Assembly: GCA_013115125.1 (NCBI GenBank)
Contig: JABANN010000010.1
Coordinates: 62,001 to 126,000 of the forward strand
Direction: 5' to 3'
DNA: 64,000 nucleotides
DNA from: Perkinsus olseni
Lineage: Eukaryota
Numbering within the stretch: the stretch's first letter is position 1; every line of letters starts with the position of its first letter. Below the pieces are notes generated by a model that searched no databases, was not told the DNA's origin, and worked only from the letters and a program-made list of their open reading frames with translations. Both the position numbers and the translations under genes were made by a program. This document shows, piece after piece, positions 25,237 to 36,900 of the stretch.

Positions 25237-28200
25237 ATGCCAGCAACCAGCCAGGTTGTCGATGGCGTTCCCAAGGACGCGACATCAACAGCGCAGAGCG
25301 ACATTTTTTCTCTAAGGAATATCGCCGGTGGCGCGACTCTCGCCGCCGTCAGCGGCGCTCTCGCTTACAGTCTAGTTCTCAAGAGAGCTAATCTTGATTC
25401 GTCAACAAATCGACAAGAGGTCAAGCTCGGTCCGCCTGTGCAACGACAGTCTCATGAAGATCCTGAGGTCCTAAAGGCCTTGGCAGCCACTAGAACGAGC
25501 CATATGAAGGCTTATGATGGCGCTACTGCCGCCTCTTACGTGGCGTATCACCTGTCGGACTCTGTCTTTATCTACCCCATCACACCCTCGACTCCCCTCG
25601 GTGAAAACTGCGATCAATGGTCAGCGGCTGGCGAGAAGAATGCCTACGGCCAGGTTACCGTGGTGAAGCAAATGCAAAGTGAGGCCGGTGTTGCGGGCGC
25701 TCTGCATGGTTCTCTGGCGGCTGGTGGCCTATCTTCGACCTTCACAGCTTCTCAGGGTCTTCTACTGATGATACCCAACATGTACAAAATTGCTGGCGAG
25801 CTTCTACCCTGTGTGTTCCATGTGCCTGCCAGAGCTGTCGCCGGTCAGGCTCTGTCTATTTTTGGTGACCACTCCGATATCATGGCCATCCGTCAGACCG
25901 GATGGGCCATCCTTTGCGCTAGCACCGTGCAGGAATGCATGGATATGTCGTTAGCAGCTCACATCGCTACCCTCAAGTCTAGGGTCCCGTTTGTTCACTT
26001 CTTCGACGGCTTCCGGACTTCACACGAAATCCAAAAGATTAATGACATGACCACTGAGCAACTGGAGTTGGTAGCTAAGATCATGGCCAAGGAGATTGAC
26101 GCCCACAGGGAGCGGGCACTCAACCCGAATCACCCGACCGTGCGCGGTACCGCTCAGTCACCTGACATTTACTTCCAGAACGTCGAGGCGGCTAACTCCT
26201 ACTATAATGCTGTCCCAGAGCACGTCCTGAACTCTCTCGAAATGGTCGAAGCCGTCACTGGTCGTCATTACGACTTGTTCGACTACGAGGGAGATCCCGA
26301 AGCCACCCATGTGTTTGTGATAATGGGAGCTGGTGCTTGTACTGTCTCCGAGACCATATCCTACCTGAAGACCCACGAGCCCCGATATAAGTTGGGCTTG
26401 CTCCGCGTAAGGCTGCTCAGGCCTTGGTCTGTTTCTCATTTCCTTGCGGCCCTTCCCGCTACTGTTCAACGCATTTGCGTGTTTGACCATTGTAAGGAAT
26501 CCGGTGCAATCGGCGAACCTCTCTATGTCGACGTCTGTGCCAGCATTCAGAAGTGTAAGAGATCGGATATTCTCGTAAGCGAGGGTCAGTTCTAACGGTG
26601 GTCTTATGGGCGCATTTTCAGGTCATAGGAGGTCGATTCGGTCTCGCATCCAAGAATTTTTCACCCGGCCAGGTTTATGCCGCTGTCCAGAACCTTGTTG
26701 ATACCAAGGTTCCCAAGTCCCCTTTCACCGTTGGCATCGACGATGATGTCACTAACTTGTCTCTAGCTGTCCCCTGCGAGATAGATGTTGCCAACCCCGC
26801 CACCACGCAGTGTATGTTTTGGGGTTTCGGCTCTGATGGTACGGTAGGAGCAAATAAAAATGCTATTAAGATAATAGCTGATAACACTGACCTTTACGCG
26901 CAAGGCTTCTTCCTCTATGATGCTCTGAAGTCTGGTGGTGTCACGGTGTCTCACTTGAGGTTCGGTCCTAAGCCGATCGACTCACCCTATGAGATAACAA
27001 GTGGCTGCGAGTATGTGGCGGTACACAAGAAGGAGTATGTTAACACCTTCGATGCCTCCCTCATTCTGGGCGCCAGCAAGGCTGGCAGCATTGTCGTTCT
27101 CAACGCCCCTTGGCTCTCCTTGGACGAGATGGAAACTCATTTACCGCCCAAGTTCAAGCGCATGGTGGCAGACAAGCGGCTGAAGTTGTACGTTATCGAT
27201 GCTAATAGGGTCGCCAAGCAGTCCGGTATGGGTCGCTTGATTAACAACATTATGCAGGCCGTATTTTTCCGTCTTGCCGGTGCTCTCCCGTACGAGCAGG
27301 CGATGCCACTGTTCGAGCATGCTATAGAAAAGACCTATAAAAACAAGGGCGCTGATGTTGTGAGGAAGAACCTACTGGCTGTCAGTAACGCTATCGACAA
27401 CCTCAATCAGATTGATGTTCCCTACACAAGCTGGGCTAGGTGTGAAATGAAGGATCACGAGGTACCACGTTCTGGCGAGGAGCCTTCGTTTGTCCGTAAT
27501 GTACTCGACAAGATCCACACCAGACTTGGTGACCGTCTATCTGTATCTGCCTTCGAACCCGGTGGAGTTGTACCATTGGGTATGACTCAATGGGCGAAGC
27601 GTGGCGTGGCTCAGGCTGTCCCCGTGGTTGATATGGACAAGTGTACCCAGTGCAACAAGTGCTCGGCGATTTGCCCACATGGTGTCATCAGACCTTTCTT
27701 GGCCTCTCCTCAAGAGCTTGCCTCCGAGAAGACTCCCTTGACCTTCGTCACCAAACCGGCCACTGGAGGCAATCAGGCGTCTGGATTAGCCTTCCGCATC
27801 CAGGCCTCTCCTCTTGACTGCACTGGATGTGAGGTCTGCGTGAACACCTGCCCCGACGACGCCCTGGTTATGAAACCTCTACCGGATGCTGTCGCCGAAG
27901 GTCACAAGGACAACTGGGACTTCGCCATGACTCTCGAGAATCGGGGAGATCGTTTTGATGCTCACACGCTGAAGGGGTCGCAGTTCCAGCAGCCTCTCCT
28001 AGAGTTCTCAGGTGCCTGTGCCGGCTGCGGTGAGACGCCGTATGCCAAGCTCTTGACACAGATGTTCGGCAAGCGCATGCTCATCGCCAACGCCACTGGT
28101 TGCAGCTCTATATGGGGTGGTACTGCTGGGTGGATCCCTTACACTGTCGACAAAAAGACAGGGAAGGGGCCGGCCTGGGGAAACTCCCTGTTCGAGGACA

Positions 28201-30902
28201 ACGCAGAGTATGGTATGGGTATAGCGGTGGCTCAACATCACCGACGAGAGCTACTGAAACTGAGAGTGCAGGAAGCACTGGCTGATGAGATCAACGTCAA
28301 GGGTGAGATGAGGCTGGCTATGAAGCAATGGTACGACAACTTCGATGACGCTGAAGCGTCATCAAGGTTTGGCGAGAAGGTCGTGGAACTACTGAACCGC
28401 GCTGCTGAGGAGGGCCAGCTTCCCGATTCTCTCGATGAATGCCGTCGACTATCAGATATGTTCGTGAAGAGCTCGGTGTGGATCATGGGTGGCGATGGGT
28501 GGGCTAACGACATCGGCTACGGTGGAATTGATCACGTGTTAGCTCTCAATGAGAACGTCAACATAGTTGTGCTGGATACCGAGGTCTACTCGAATACTGG
28601 TGGGCAGGGCTCCAAGGCAACGCCTATGGGCGCTGTCGCAAAGTTCATGCGTAACGGTAGAGACCTGCAAAAGAAGGATATCGGTCACTTGGCTATGTCT
28701 GGGTATCCGAACGTCTATGTTGCTTCATGTTCTCTCGGTGCCAATTACTCTCAGACAGTCAGAGCCTTCCACGAGGCTGAGAAGCACGTGGGTCCATCCC
28801 TGGTTCTCTGCTACGCTCCTTGCATCGAGCATCGTATCAAGAATGGCTTGACCCACATGTCTCAGGATCAAAAGGCGGCCGTGGAGTCTGGATACTATCC
28901 TCTGTATCGTTACGACCCCACGTTGATTGACCAGGGCAAGAACCCCTTCCAGCTAGACTGCAAGACCATCGACCCTGCAGCACTTGACCGCTTTTTGAAG
29001 AACCAGAACCGGTATGAGCAGTTGGTGCGGCGCTTGCCTGAGCATGCTGCTGAGCTTCAGCGAGGTCTCAAGAAGTACATCATGCAGCGCCACAAGCACC
29101 TCTTAGCTGCATCTGCAGAGGTTGTGCATGCCGTCGATGATCTCACTAGTGGTCTGGGCGCGGGAGTGCGGGTTTATTATGCGTCTGACACTGGTACCAC
29201 TGAGCAGCTCGCTAAAAGGCTCTCTGGTATTCTGAAACGCCGCGGTGTAGTCGTGAAGACTTGTAGCGGCATGGACGAGCTTGATCTGGCCGACTCGGCT
29301 AACAGCGACGATCTTCTGGTTCTCATGACTTCAACGTGTGGGGACGGTGATATGCCTTCTGCGGCGACAACTTTATGGGAACAAATGCTGGAAATGAACG
29401 GTTCACAAAAGCTTGTTGGTCGGTTCTGCGTGTTCGGTCTTGGAGATAGCTCCTACGAGCACTTCTGTGCTGCTGCCGTGCAGCTCGACGCTAGGGTTGC
29501 GAAACTCGGCATGACCCGCGCCATACCATTGGCCAAGGGGGACGATCGTGCTGAGGACGGTTGGGCTACTGCCTTTGACGAGTGGCTACCAAAATTGTGT
29601 GGAGAGGTGGGCGCCAAGCCCGAAGACGAGGAGGAGTACGAGGCGCTCTTCGAGATCGCATCCTTCCCAGTTACTGCTGCTGACAAGAACCTCCCCTATC
29701 AGCGCATTGTGCCTCCGGGATCCCTGCCGGTGCCAGTCCTGGAGAACAGGCGCTTGACTCCTGAAAGCTACGAGAGAGATATCCGTCACATCGCCTTGGA
29801 CGTCTCCGCTACTGACTTGCCCTTCCGTCTTGGTGATGCCCTCACGCTCTACCCCAAGAATTTGGAGTCGGACGTTGACGTTTTGTTCAATGAGGTTGTC
29901 ACTCACCTCGATCGCAATGAGATCGTGTCTGTCAAATGTCTCTCTGATGACGTCCCCGCCAGACTCCGTTCGGCATTCAAGGCTCGGATGCCCGTGAAGC
30001 AGATTTTCGTGGAACTACTGGATATCTTCGGCAAGCCTGGTAGAAGCTTCTACCGTCAACTCGCTCGTCTCAGCAGGAACAGTGAGGAGGCTGGGGTTCT
30101 GAGATCCATAGCGGACTCGGATGATAAGTTTAAGGAGCTTCTGGACCTGAGTGTCTCCTATGCCGACGTGCTTCGCAGATTCCCGAAATCTGCTGAGTCG
30201 ATGACCCTGGTCAACTTCTTGGAGATCATCCCCTTGCTAAAGCCTCGCCTCTATTCTATCGCCAACAGTTCATTCTACACTCCTAACAAGGTCGAGCTTA
30301 CTGTTGTGATAAATCGGTGGCAGAATTCCGAGGGTGACCTGAAGACCGGTACTTGTACCCGCTACCTTGGTTTCAGCAACGACAAGACCATGTGTGTCTC
30401 TGTCGCCAGTGGCACATTCAATTTCCCTGAAGACGAGCGTACCCCTATGGTCATGGCAGGTCTCGGTACTGGTATCGCTCCTATGCGGGCCTTCGTCCAA
30501 GATCGCATGTACAAGAAACAGGTTCTTGGCATTGATACCGGTCCGATGGTGGTGTTCTACGGTTGCCGTCACGAGAAGGAAGAGTTCCTTTATCGCGATG
30601 AATGGAAGAAGTTCGAAGAGGCCGGTGTGTTGACGAAGATGATCAATGCGTTCTCGCATGATCAGGATCATATGATCTTCGTTCAACATAAGATCGCCGA
30701 GAATCCTGAGGTCGTTTACAAATACATGTGCGACCAGAGGGGGTACTTCTATTTCTGCGGCCCTTCAATTGCAGTCGCCGACGTCGAGTCCGCTGTCAAG
30801 GGTGCGGTGGAAGAGGTTGGCCAGATGAAGGAAGATGATGTCGAGAAATGGTTCGATGAAGATGTCAAGGCCAAGAAACGCTATTCAACTGAAGCTTACT
30901 AA
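25237..30902 (+). CDS. PNO: Pyruvate:NADP+ oxidoreductase (PFO fused to flavodoxin + FAD/NADP CPR-like domains), ~1872 aa, one intron 26575-26621
   Basis: PFO motifs YPITPS, QSEAGVAG, TASQGLLLM, FDGFRTSHE. Two ferredoxin motifs CTQCNKCSAICP and CTGCEVCVNTCP; GACAGCGE; TPP motif GGDGW. Flavodoxin YASDTGTTE/STCGDG/FGLGDSSY; PRLYSI; GLGTGIAP; YGCR. Removing the 47-nt intron (GTAAGC...TTCTAAC...TTTTCAG) joins the two ORFs as DIL|VIGGRFG. Confidence 0.97.
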
Positions 30903-31399
30903 TTACTGTCCTTTCCTTCGTTAAATACTGCAGATGGTCGTGGTTTCACCGCTCTCTGATTAGCTATCGTGTGGTTCCTTGGCAAAGTTTCCTCAACTGC
31001 AGTGTCGTGCTCGAGTGTGTTTGTGGCCGTGTCTGCGTGTCGATGTCAATGACATCGTGTCATGTGGGAGGTGTAGACCAAATCCGTGCTATGGCAGAAC
31101 GGGTGATTAATGTGGAGTAAACTTGATTCGAGAGCGTGTAAACTGCTTCGCGACAGGGTATCCTCGTCTTCCCGGTAACAGCCAGCTATTTCGTGGATTT
31201 TGAGAGTTTATCATGTGAGAGTACTAGGTGACGCTATGGTCGGTTGAGCAATCGTCCGAGTTGGGCTTTAATCCATCGTCGGCGACGCCGACGACTCGGA
31301 GCGATAATTATCAGTATGAGAAACAGTTGAGCTCGACCATTGGAGAATGAGACCACTCCAATGGAGAATGACAAAATCGTGGCTGTTTCAGTGGTAAAA

Positions 31400-33000
31400 C
31401 TCCAAGCGAAAGATGCGAACTGCTGCTGTTAAGAAACTTCATGGCGGAAGACACCTCGTTTCAAAACTAGATGTAAACGACGTAAATCCAGACATGACAT
31501 TCTCAGTATGTCTCGAACGGTCGAAACACCAGGAGCAACCAGCAAGCAAGATTGATCATTGCGACGCCAAAGATCGCAACGACCATCAGGGACTTACAGT
31601 CTCTTGGAGACGTTGGCTTTCCGGAACCACTCTCTCGGCTTTTTTATTGCGCTGGCCTGGGTCCTCGACCAAGACAACGGGTACGGTGTCCTCGGTCATC
31701 CTCGGAATGAGCTAGCAAGCAGGTAGTTCTCGACTCACGGCCAGTCGTTTGTGGACCAGGCTGGCTCACGATAGAAGATGAAATCCTAAGTCAACATAAG
31801 CTCTGGAGCAACCGATACAAGGTCCCAAGTTTCTCTCAAGCATGAGTGCGGCAAGCGAGGAAAGAGCTGAAACGCAGGTGGTGGAATCGCGATAACAAAG
31901 GATAGCGGTGATAATATTAGTGTGTCGCTATGGCAATGATGGTTACGCGATTCATTTCTATGCGTTTACTCCAGCGAGAAGAGTGCTACGACCAGATATG
32001 AATGAGAGTCGTATGGCTGAGAACGGAAAAAGATTGAGAATGCATGTCTAAATGAACGCGGGACCAGCCGACAGCGATGCTATCAAGCATCGGTCCGACA
32101 TCGACTTTCCGACTAAGCAGCAAGGGATCTCGATGACCTTTACACGGCCGGTTTACGCAAGTGAGCCCATGTTTGGAAGCCGTCGAGAATGGCCGGAGTA
32201 AATTGGAGTGAGATATCGGCGACAAGTGACGAGGGAAAATTTTTTATGAGAGTTTCTCAGCGTCGCGAACCGACAAGACACCACAACTCTGAGCTGGAAA
32301 TGGGAGCCGCAATTATAGTACTAATACCACACCACCCGCGGTTATAGTGGATATGGACGCGGGTAGGTGTTCCGTAGAAGAGCAGGTGACTGCCGCTTTG
32401 CCGAACCGGACTTGTGCGTTAGATCTACATGCCGGTGTGCGAGACGCTCTTTACGAGAACGTCCGACACACCGCAAGAGAACCTCTTTTGAGGTTCATCC
32501 TGAGTTTAGTGTTCATCACCTCGTGTGAGCTTCATGTCCCTCTTCGTGTAAGCATCTGATCCTCGGATCGAACTCAAAAATGACTCAGCCACCCTGGGTT
32601 ATCATGATAGTCATCCTCAGACTATCCGGTCATAATGGCTGGTCTCATAAATCCATTGAACACGATGCTGTACAAAGGAATAATGATCCTCGTAAGATAT
32701 GCGTCCGAAGAGCAGGGCTGCTGATGGGAGGGAAACCCCGTAAAGACACTTTATGTATTTGCGTTGCGACTATTCAAATGAGCTACGGAGGTCACTAAGC
32801 TTTTTCGGGCTGCACATGCAACGAAAGACCGAGAACTTTCCAGCTCCCGAGATCGAGTCGGACTCTCATGACAAGTCTCCGGCACCGCTTGTCCGGTCCT
32901 CCGAGGCACTAAATAAGAGGCAAATGAGTGCCACGAGCGCAAAGATTTCGACAAACCCGCGCCGCACCCACTATACTAGGACGCTCACGACTGATTACCC
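31400..33000 (-). CDS. Possible hypothetical multi-exon gene
   Basis: Minus-strand fragments flanked by AG/GTAAGT/GTGAGT, e.g. DFIFYREPAWSTNDW and LVEDPGQRNKKPREWFRKANVSKRL. No full model built. Confidence 0.25.
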
Positions 33001-33219
33001 CAAAGGGTCTACACTAATCCAACAACCCGAAATTGGTATGATCTCCCCTCTCAATGAGGAGCCCTCATAACTACACTCCAACACAACACAGTAAAAATCT
33101 GCCCTCCTGTCTCCCGTATCAGTAGAAACAACAGGGATATGCTATTGCAATACGCAACGACAATAACCAGCTGTTACCACCATAGGCGACTATCAATCTC
33201 TCCTCCGAAGAAAAGCAAT

Positions 33220-33764
33220 TTAGGCAGCGACGGCGTACTTCCTCATGGGGAAGTTGGCCTTGCGGGTCTGCTCCCTAGCGGTCTTCTTGTTGTACTGGGC
33301 GGGGGTAAGAGCACGACGCTTAGCGCGGGTGAGCTTGGAGCGGAGATCCAAAGGCACGTACTTCTTACCGGCGAAGGAAGCGCGGGCCTGAACACGCCAA
33401 CGTGGAACCAAACAAACGCAACCGAGGCACGCAAATGTCGCAATGAAGCGATCCCGGGACTTACGGCGTCCTTTCTGGCCTGGTTGTAGACAGTCAAGGT
33501 ACGAGCGATGTTCTTGCGAACGGTCTAAAGTAAGGAGAGGTGAAATCGCACACGCGAACCCCACACCCAGAACGGGTGCCGACCACAATTTCTCCATACA
33601 CTTCACATGTGATGCCCTAGTACCTTGATCTCAGCGACCTTGCCAGCGGTGCTGGAAAGAGCCTTAGAGACCCTCAAAGAAACGAGCTTCTGCTTGAGCT
33701 CGTCAAGGTCGGTAAGAAGCTCCTTCTCGGACTTGCTTCGGATTTGATAAGCCTTGACCTTCAT
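33220..33764 (-). CDS. RPL35: 60S ribosomal protein L35 (uL29), 3 exons
   Basis: MKVKAYQIRSKSEKELLTDLDELKQKLVSLRVSK...IK|TVRKNIARTLTVYNQ...|KKYVPLDLRSKLTRAKRRALT...FPMRKYAV. Confidence 0.97.
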
Positions 33765-33975
33765 TGCTAGGAGAGAGGTGGGTAGAACCAGGGACGCAAA
33801 AAGGTCTTTGCCGCTCGCGCCCAAAAGCTACAGTAAATCGATCACTTTGGCGAGCGCAACTTTGCTAGGCCGTGCAATCCTCCTTCACGGGACCTCGTCT
33901 CGGGTCTTTGGGTTGGCATCTATAGTTGCAGTGTTCGGTTTCATGGCCGGATCTGACCGGGTTACAGAGTTCACC

Positions 33976-36900
33976 ATGAGCGATTCCGATACAGGCAAAC
34001 CCATGCAAAAAGGAGGCAAAGAGGTATGTACAAACGTGCTTGCTGGGGGTAGAGTGTGGGAGAATCGTGGCAGGACATCTCTCACGGTCCTGTGAAGAAC
34101 CGAAAATGCACTGACGTGCTGATGTATATTCTATTCTTGGCACACCTAGCACTGTAAGCTGCCGAATATCTTGGGTTTGGGTGAGCTGGCGCGAAGCAGG
34201 TTCGTTGTTGTATTTGGTGTTGCTATAAAAGGGAACGGTAATCCCAACAGACTTATTGCTGGGCAGGATTGGCAAGGGAATTTCTGCGGTGAGAACCCCC
34301 ATCTGTCAGAGATGAGGACCTGGATGCTGGGGTTCAGGAATTTCGGGCCAAGGAACTGACGGCAACACAACCGACCCCAGCATGAGCCACCTCGACTTGT
34401 CTGATTATAACTACATCTACTATGCCTTGAACACTACACCTGTTTTTGACTCGATCATCTCCGCTGTGAGCAAATTCCTTCCACTTACAGCATAGCGAAC
34501 GCGGTCTTGTGGCTGGCTCAGGCGAGTGGAGACAGCGGCGGGGGCTATGGTGACGACCTAGTGGCTGATCTTACTAACAAGTTCAACGACCCTGCGACGC
34601 TGTTCTCGGGCTCCAATGGCAACAGTTTCATATCAGAGATCAAGAAATACTTCGTACCTGTGTGTGTAAAGCAATGTCCGGATGAGAATACACTACTCGA
34701 TCGTGAGACGCATCTCGTATGTGATCGTATTGAACACCTAGCTGCCAGGTGATTACTTCTGGGAAGGCCCAATCGACGGCCCGACCGGCCCTTCTGACGT
34801 GGCTGATTTTTGGAGAACAAAAGTGATGAGCCTCTCCGATAGCGGTAGGTCGCGTGCTTTCTGAAGGTATACTCTGGTGGTAAAACGCGTTGCTACCGTT
34901 AGCTATAGTGGAGTCTGGGCTTGTTCGGTAATCCTTGTGATACACGCAATGAATAGTTTGGCGGCTCTGTTGGCACTACTCCAGGCTCGGTCGAGTCTTA
35001 CAACCGCGCCGGGAAGGGATCTGAACACGTGTGCTTCGACTTGTCCTTCATCTCATTCGCGTGCCCATTTCCCACATACTCCAGCCCAGATGGTCTTGTC
35101 TACATAACGTCGCTGAGGCGATGCAGATCTAACGGAGTCGTACTATCATTTCAGCTAAGGAACCGTTTACGATGAAGGCCTTCTCATCTGACTTCTGCCC
35201 GTATGATTCCAAGTACTGCATACCTTTACCTGGAGTGGAAGTAGCGTCCGTGTTGAAGAGATACTGTGTAGGTCCGTGGAATCACTCAATTATATCATAA
35301 AATTCATATGGGATCACCTCGTATGATTTATGGGGCGTACATAAAATGGAAGCTGGATTGCATATGAATCAAATTCCGCGGCCGGGAATTGAACCCGGGT
35401 CTCCTGCGTGACAGGCAGGAATACTCACCACTATACTACCGCGGACATGCATTGTATTTCTCTCAGCAGGGTTCAACACAGCATGCCGATGAGAGCGGGG
35501 AAATCCACCCCTCTCGGTCCAAAACATTTCCGCGGCCGGGAATTGAACCCGGGTCTCCTGCGTGACAGGCAGGAATACTCACCACTATACTACCGCGGAA
35601 CTGGTGAAAATTGGTGTAGTCACATCTGTTGAAATTACAAAGCATTTCTACACAATAATCGCAAGCTTGGCTATCGTCTACATTGACGAGTCTGTGGCCC
35701 TCGATAGGTACCTAGGATGCAAGCCATCGGTACCGTAGTGAATGGTGTCAAGAGTTTTGTGCCCGAGAAGTTTTCTGAAGCTCTCGGTAATATCGGTGGC
35801 AGCCATATCCCACATCGCTGTAGTCGCGGCCATACTCCCGATCGCAACTCCCCTCTGTCGCTTTCATCTTTGGCCCTTACCTGCCTATTCTTACAGGCAG
35901 CGGCTTCGGTGACGTTGTTGGGGATATAGTCACGGTCTATCCTGCCATCATCATCACCGCGCTGTGCTCCCTCATTATTGGAGTGGTGAGTACTTACACT
36001 CTGTGCTTCACAGAGGCCCGGTCGTACCTGAGCCTGGTTTTCTCAGATATACCTAGTTCTCCTCCGCATGTTCGTTGGTGTCATCGTTTGGTTGTCGGTC
36101 ATCTTGTTCTTCCTGATTCTTCTCGGAGGAGGCGTCGTTGGCCTTTTGTGAGTCTTCATGACCCAAGCGTTCTTTTTCACATTTTAGAACCGGGAACGTC
36201 CATAGAATTAAACTGTTGAATCGCCTTCTCTGGTCCGTATTTTTTTTCGTAAGAGACCGCTCGATCTATCGCATCGAGTCCTGCGAGCTATTGAGTGAGA
36301 ACATTCAATGGGCGTGCCCCCTTCGCCGTTGGACGATAGACTCAAGATACGGTAGCTCAGCCTACTCCTCTCGGGGAAGTATGGGATTCGCATCCCTGAC
36401 TGCGATGTCACGTTCAGGCGGAACGTGGTGTGACTTCCGTAGATTGAATCTACCGTTGCTGTTCTGATCTGCGTATGGAGCAGGTACATCAACAAGTGTG
36501 TAGGGGATTCTATTCTTGATACGGCTCAAGACTTGTCCTCTGGCACAGAGGCGCTGCAGGCTGGTGAGTTCCCCCGACATGAAAGGGCAGAACGCAATTG
36601 GTTGGTGCGGCCGATGCAATCAGGTTTAACGGGGAGCTCGGAATGTGCGAACGGCTATTCGATAGCGGACGAATTTCAGCGGGATGTGATCAAGTACGCG
36701 TCGTACGGCGCTCTTGGACTAGCAAGTAATGGTGGGGCGTTACTGATTCGATATGAAAAACTGCCGAGAAGTTAGAGGCCCAGAGTGATAGTCTCATCTT
36801 GCTAGGGCAACCCCTATGTGAGTTAAACTCACTGGGTTTCACATTTTGAGAAGTGAGGAATCTACGTATGACTTGGCGTCGTTGAGAAGTCTGTTGTACT

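Noticed and set aside
26560..26625. Apparent split or frameshift of PFO into two ORFs
   Set aside because: Fully explained by a canonical 47-nt intron with a CTAAC branch point.
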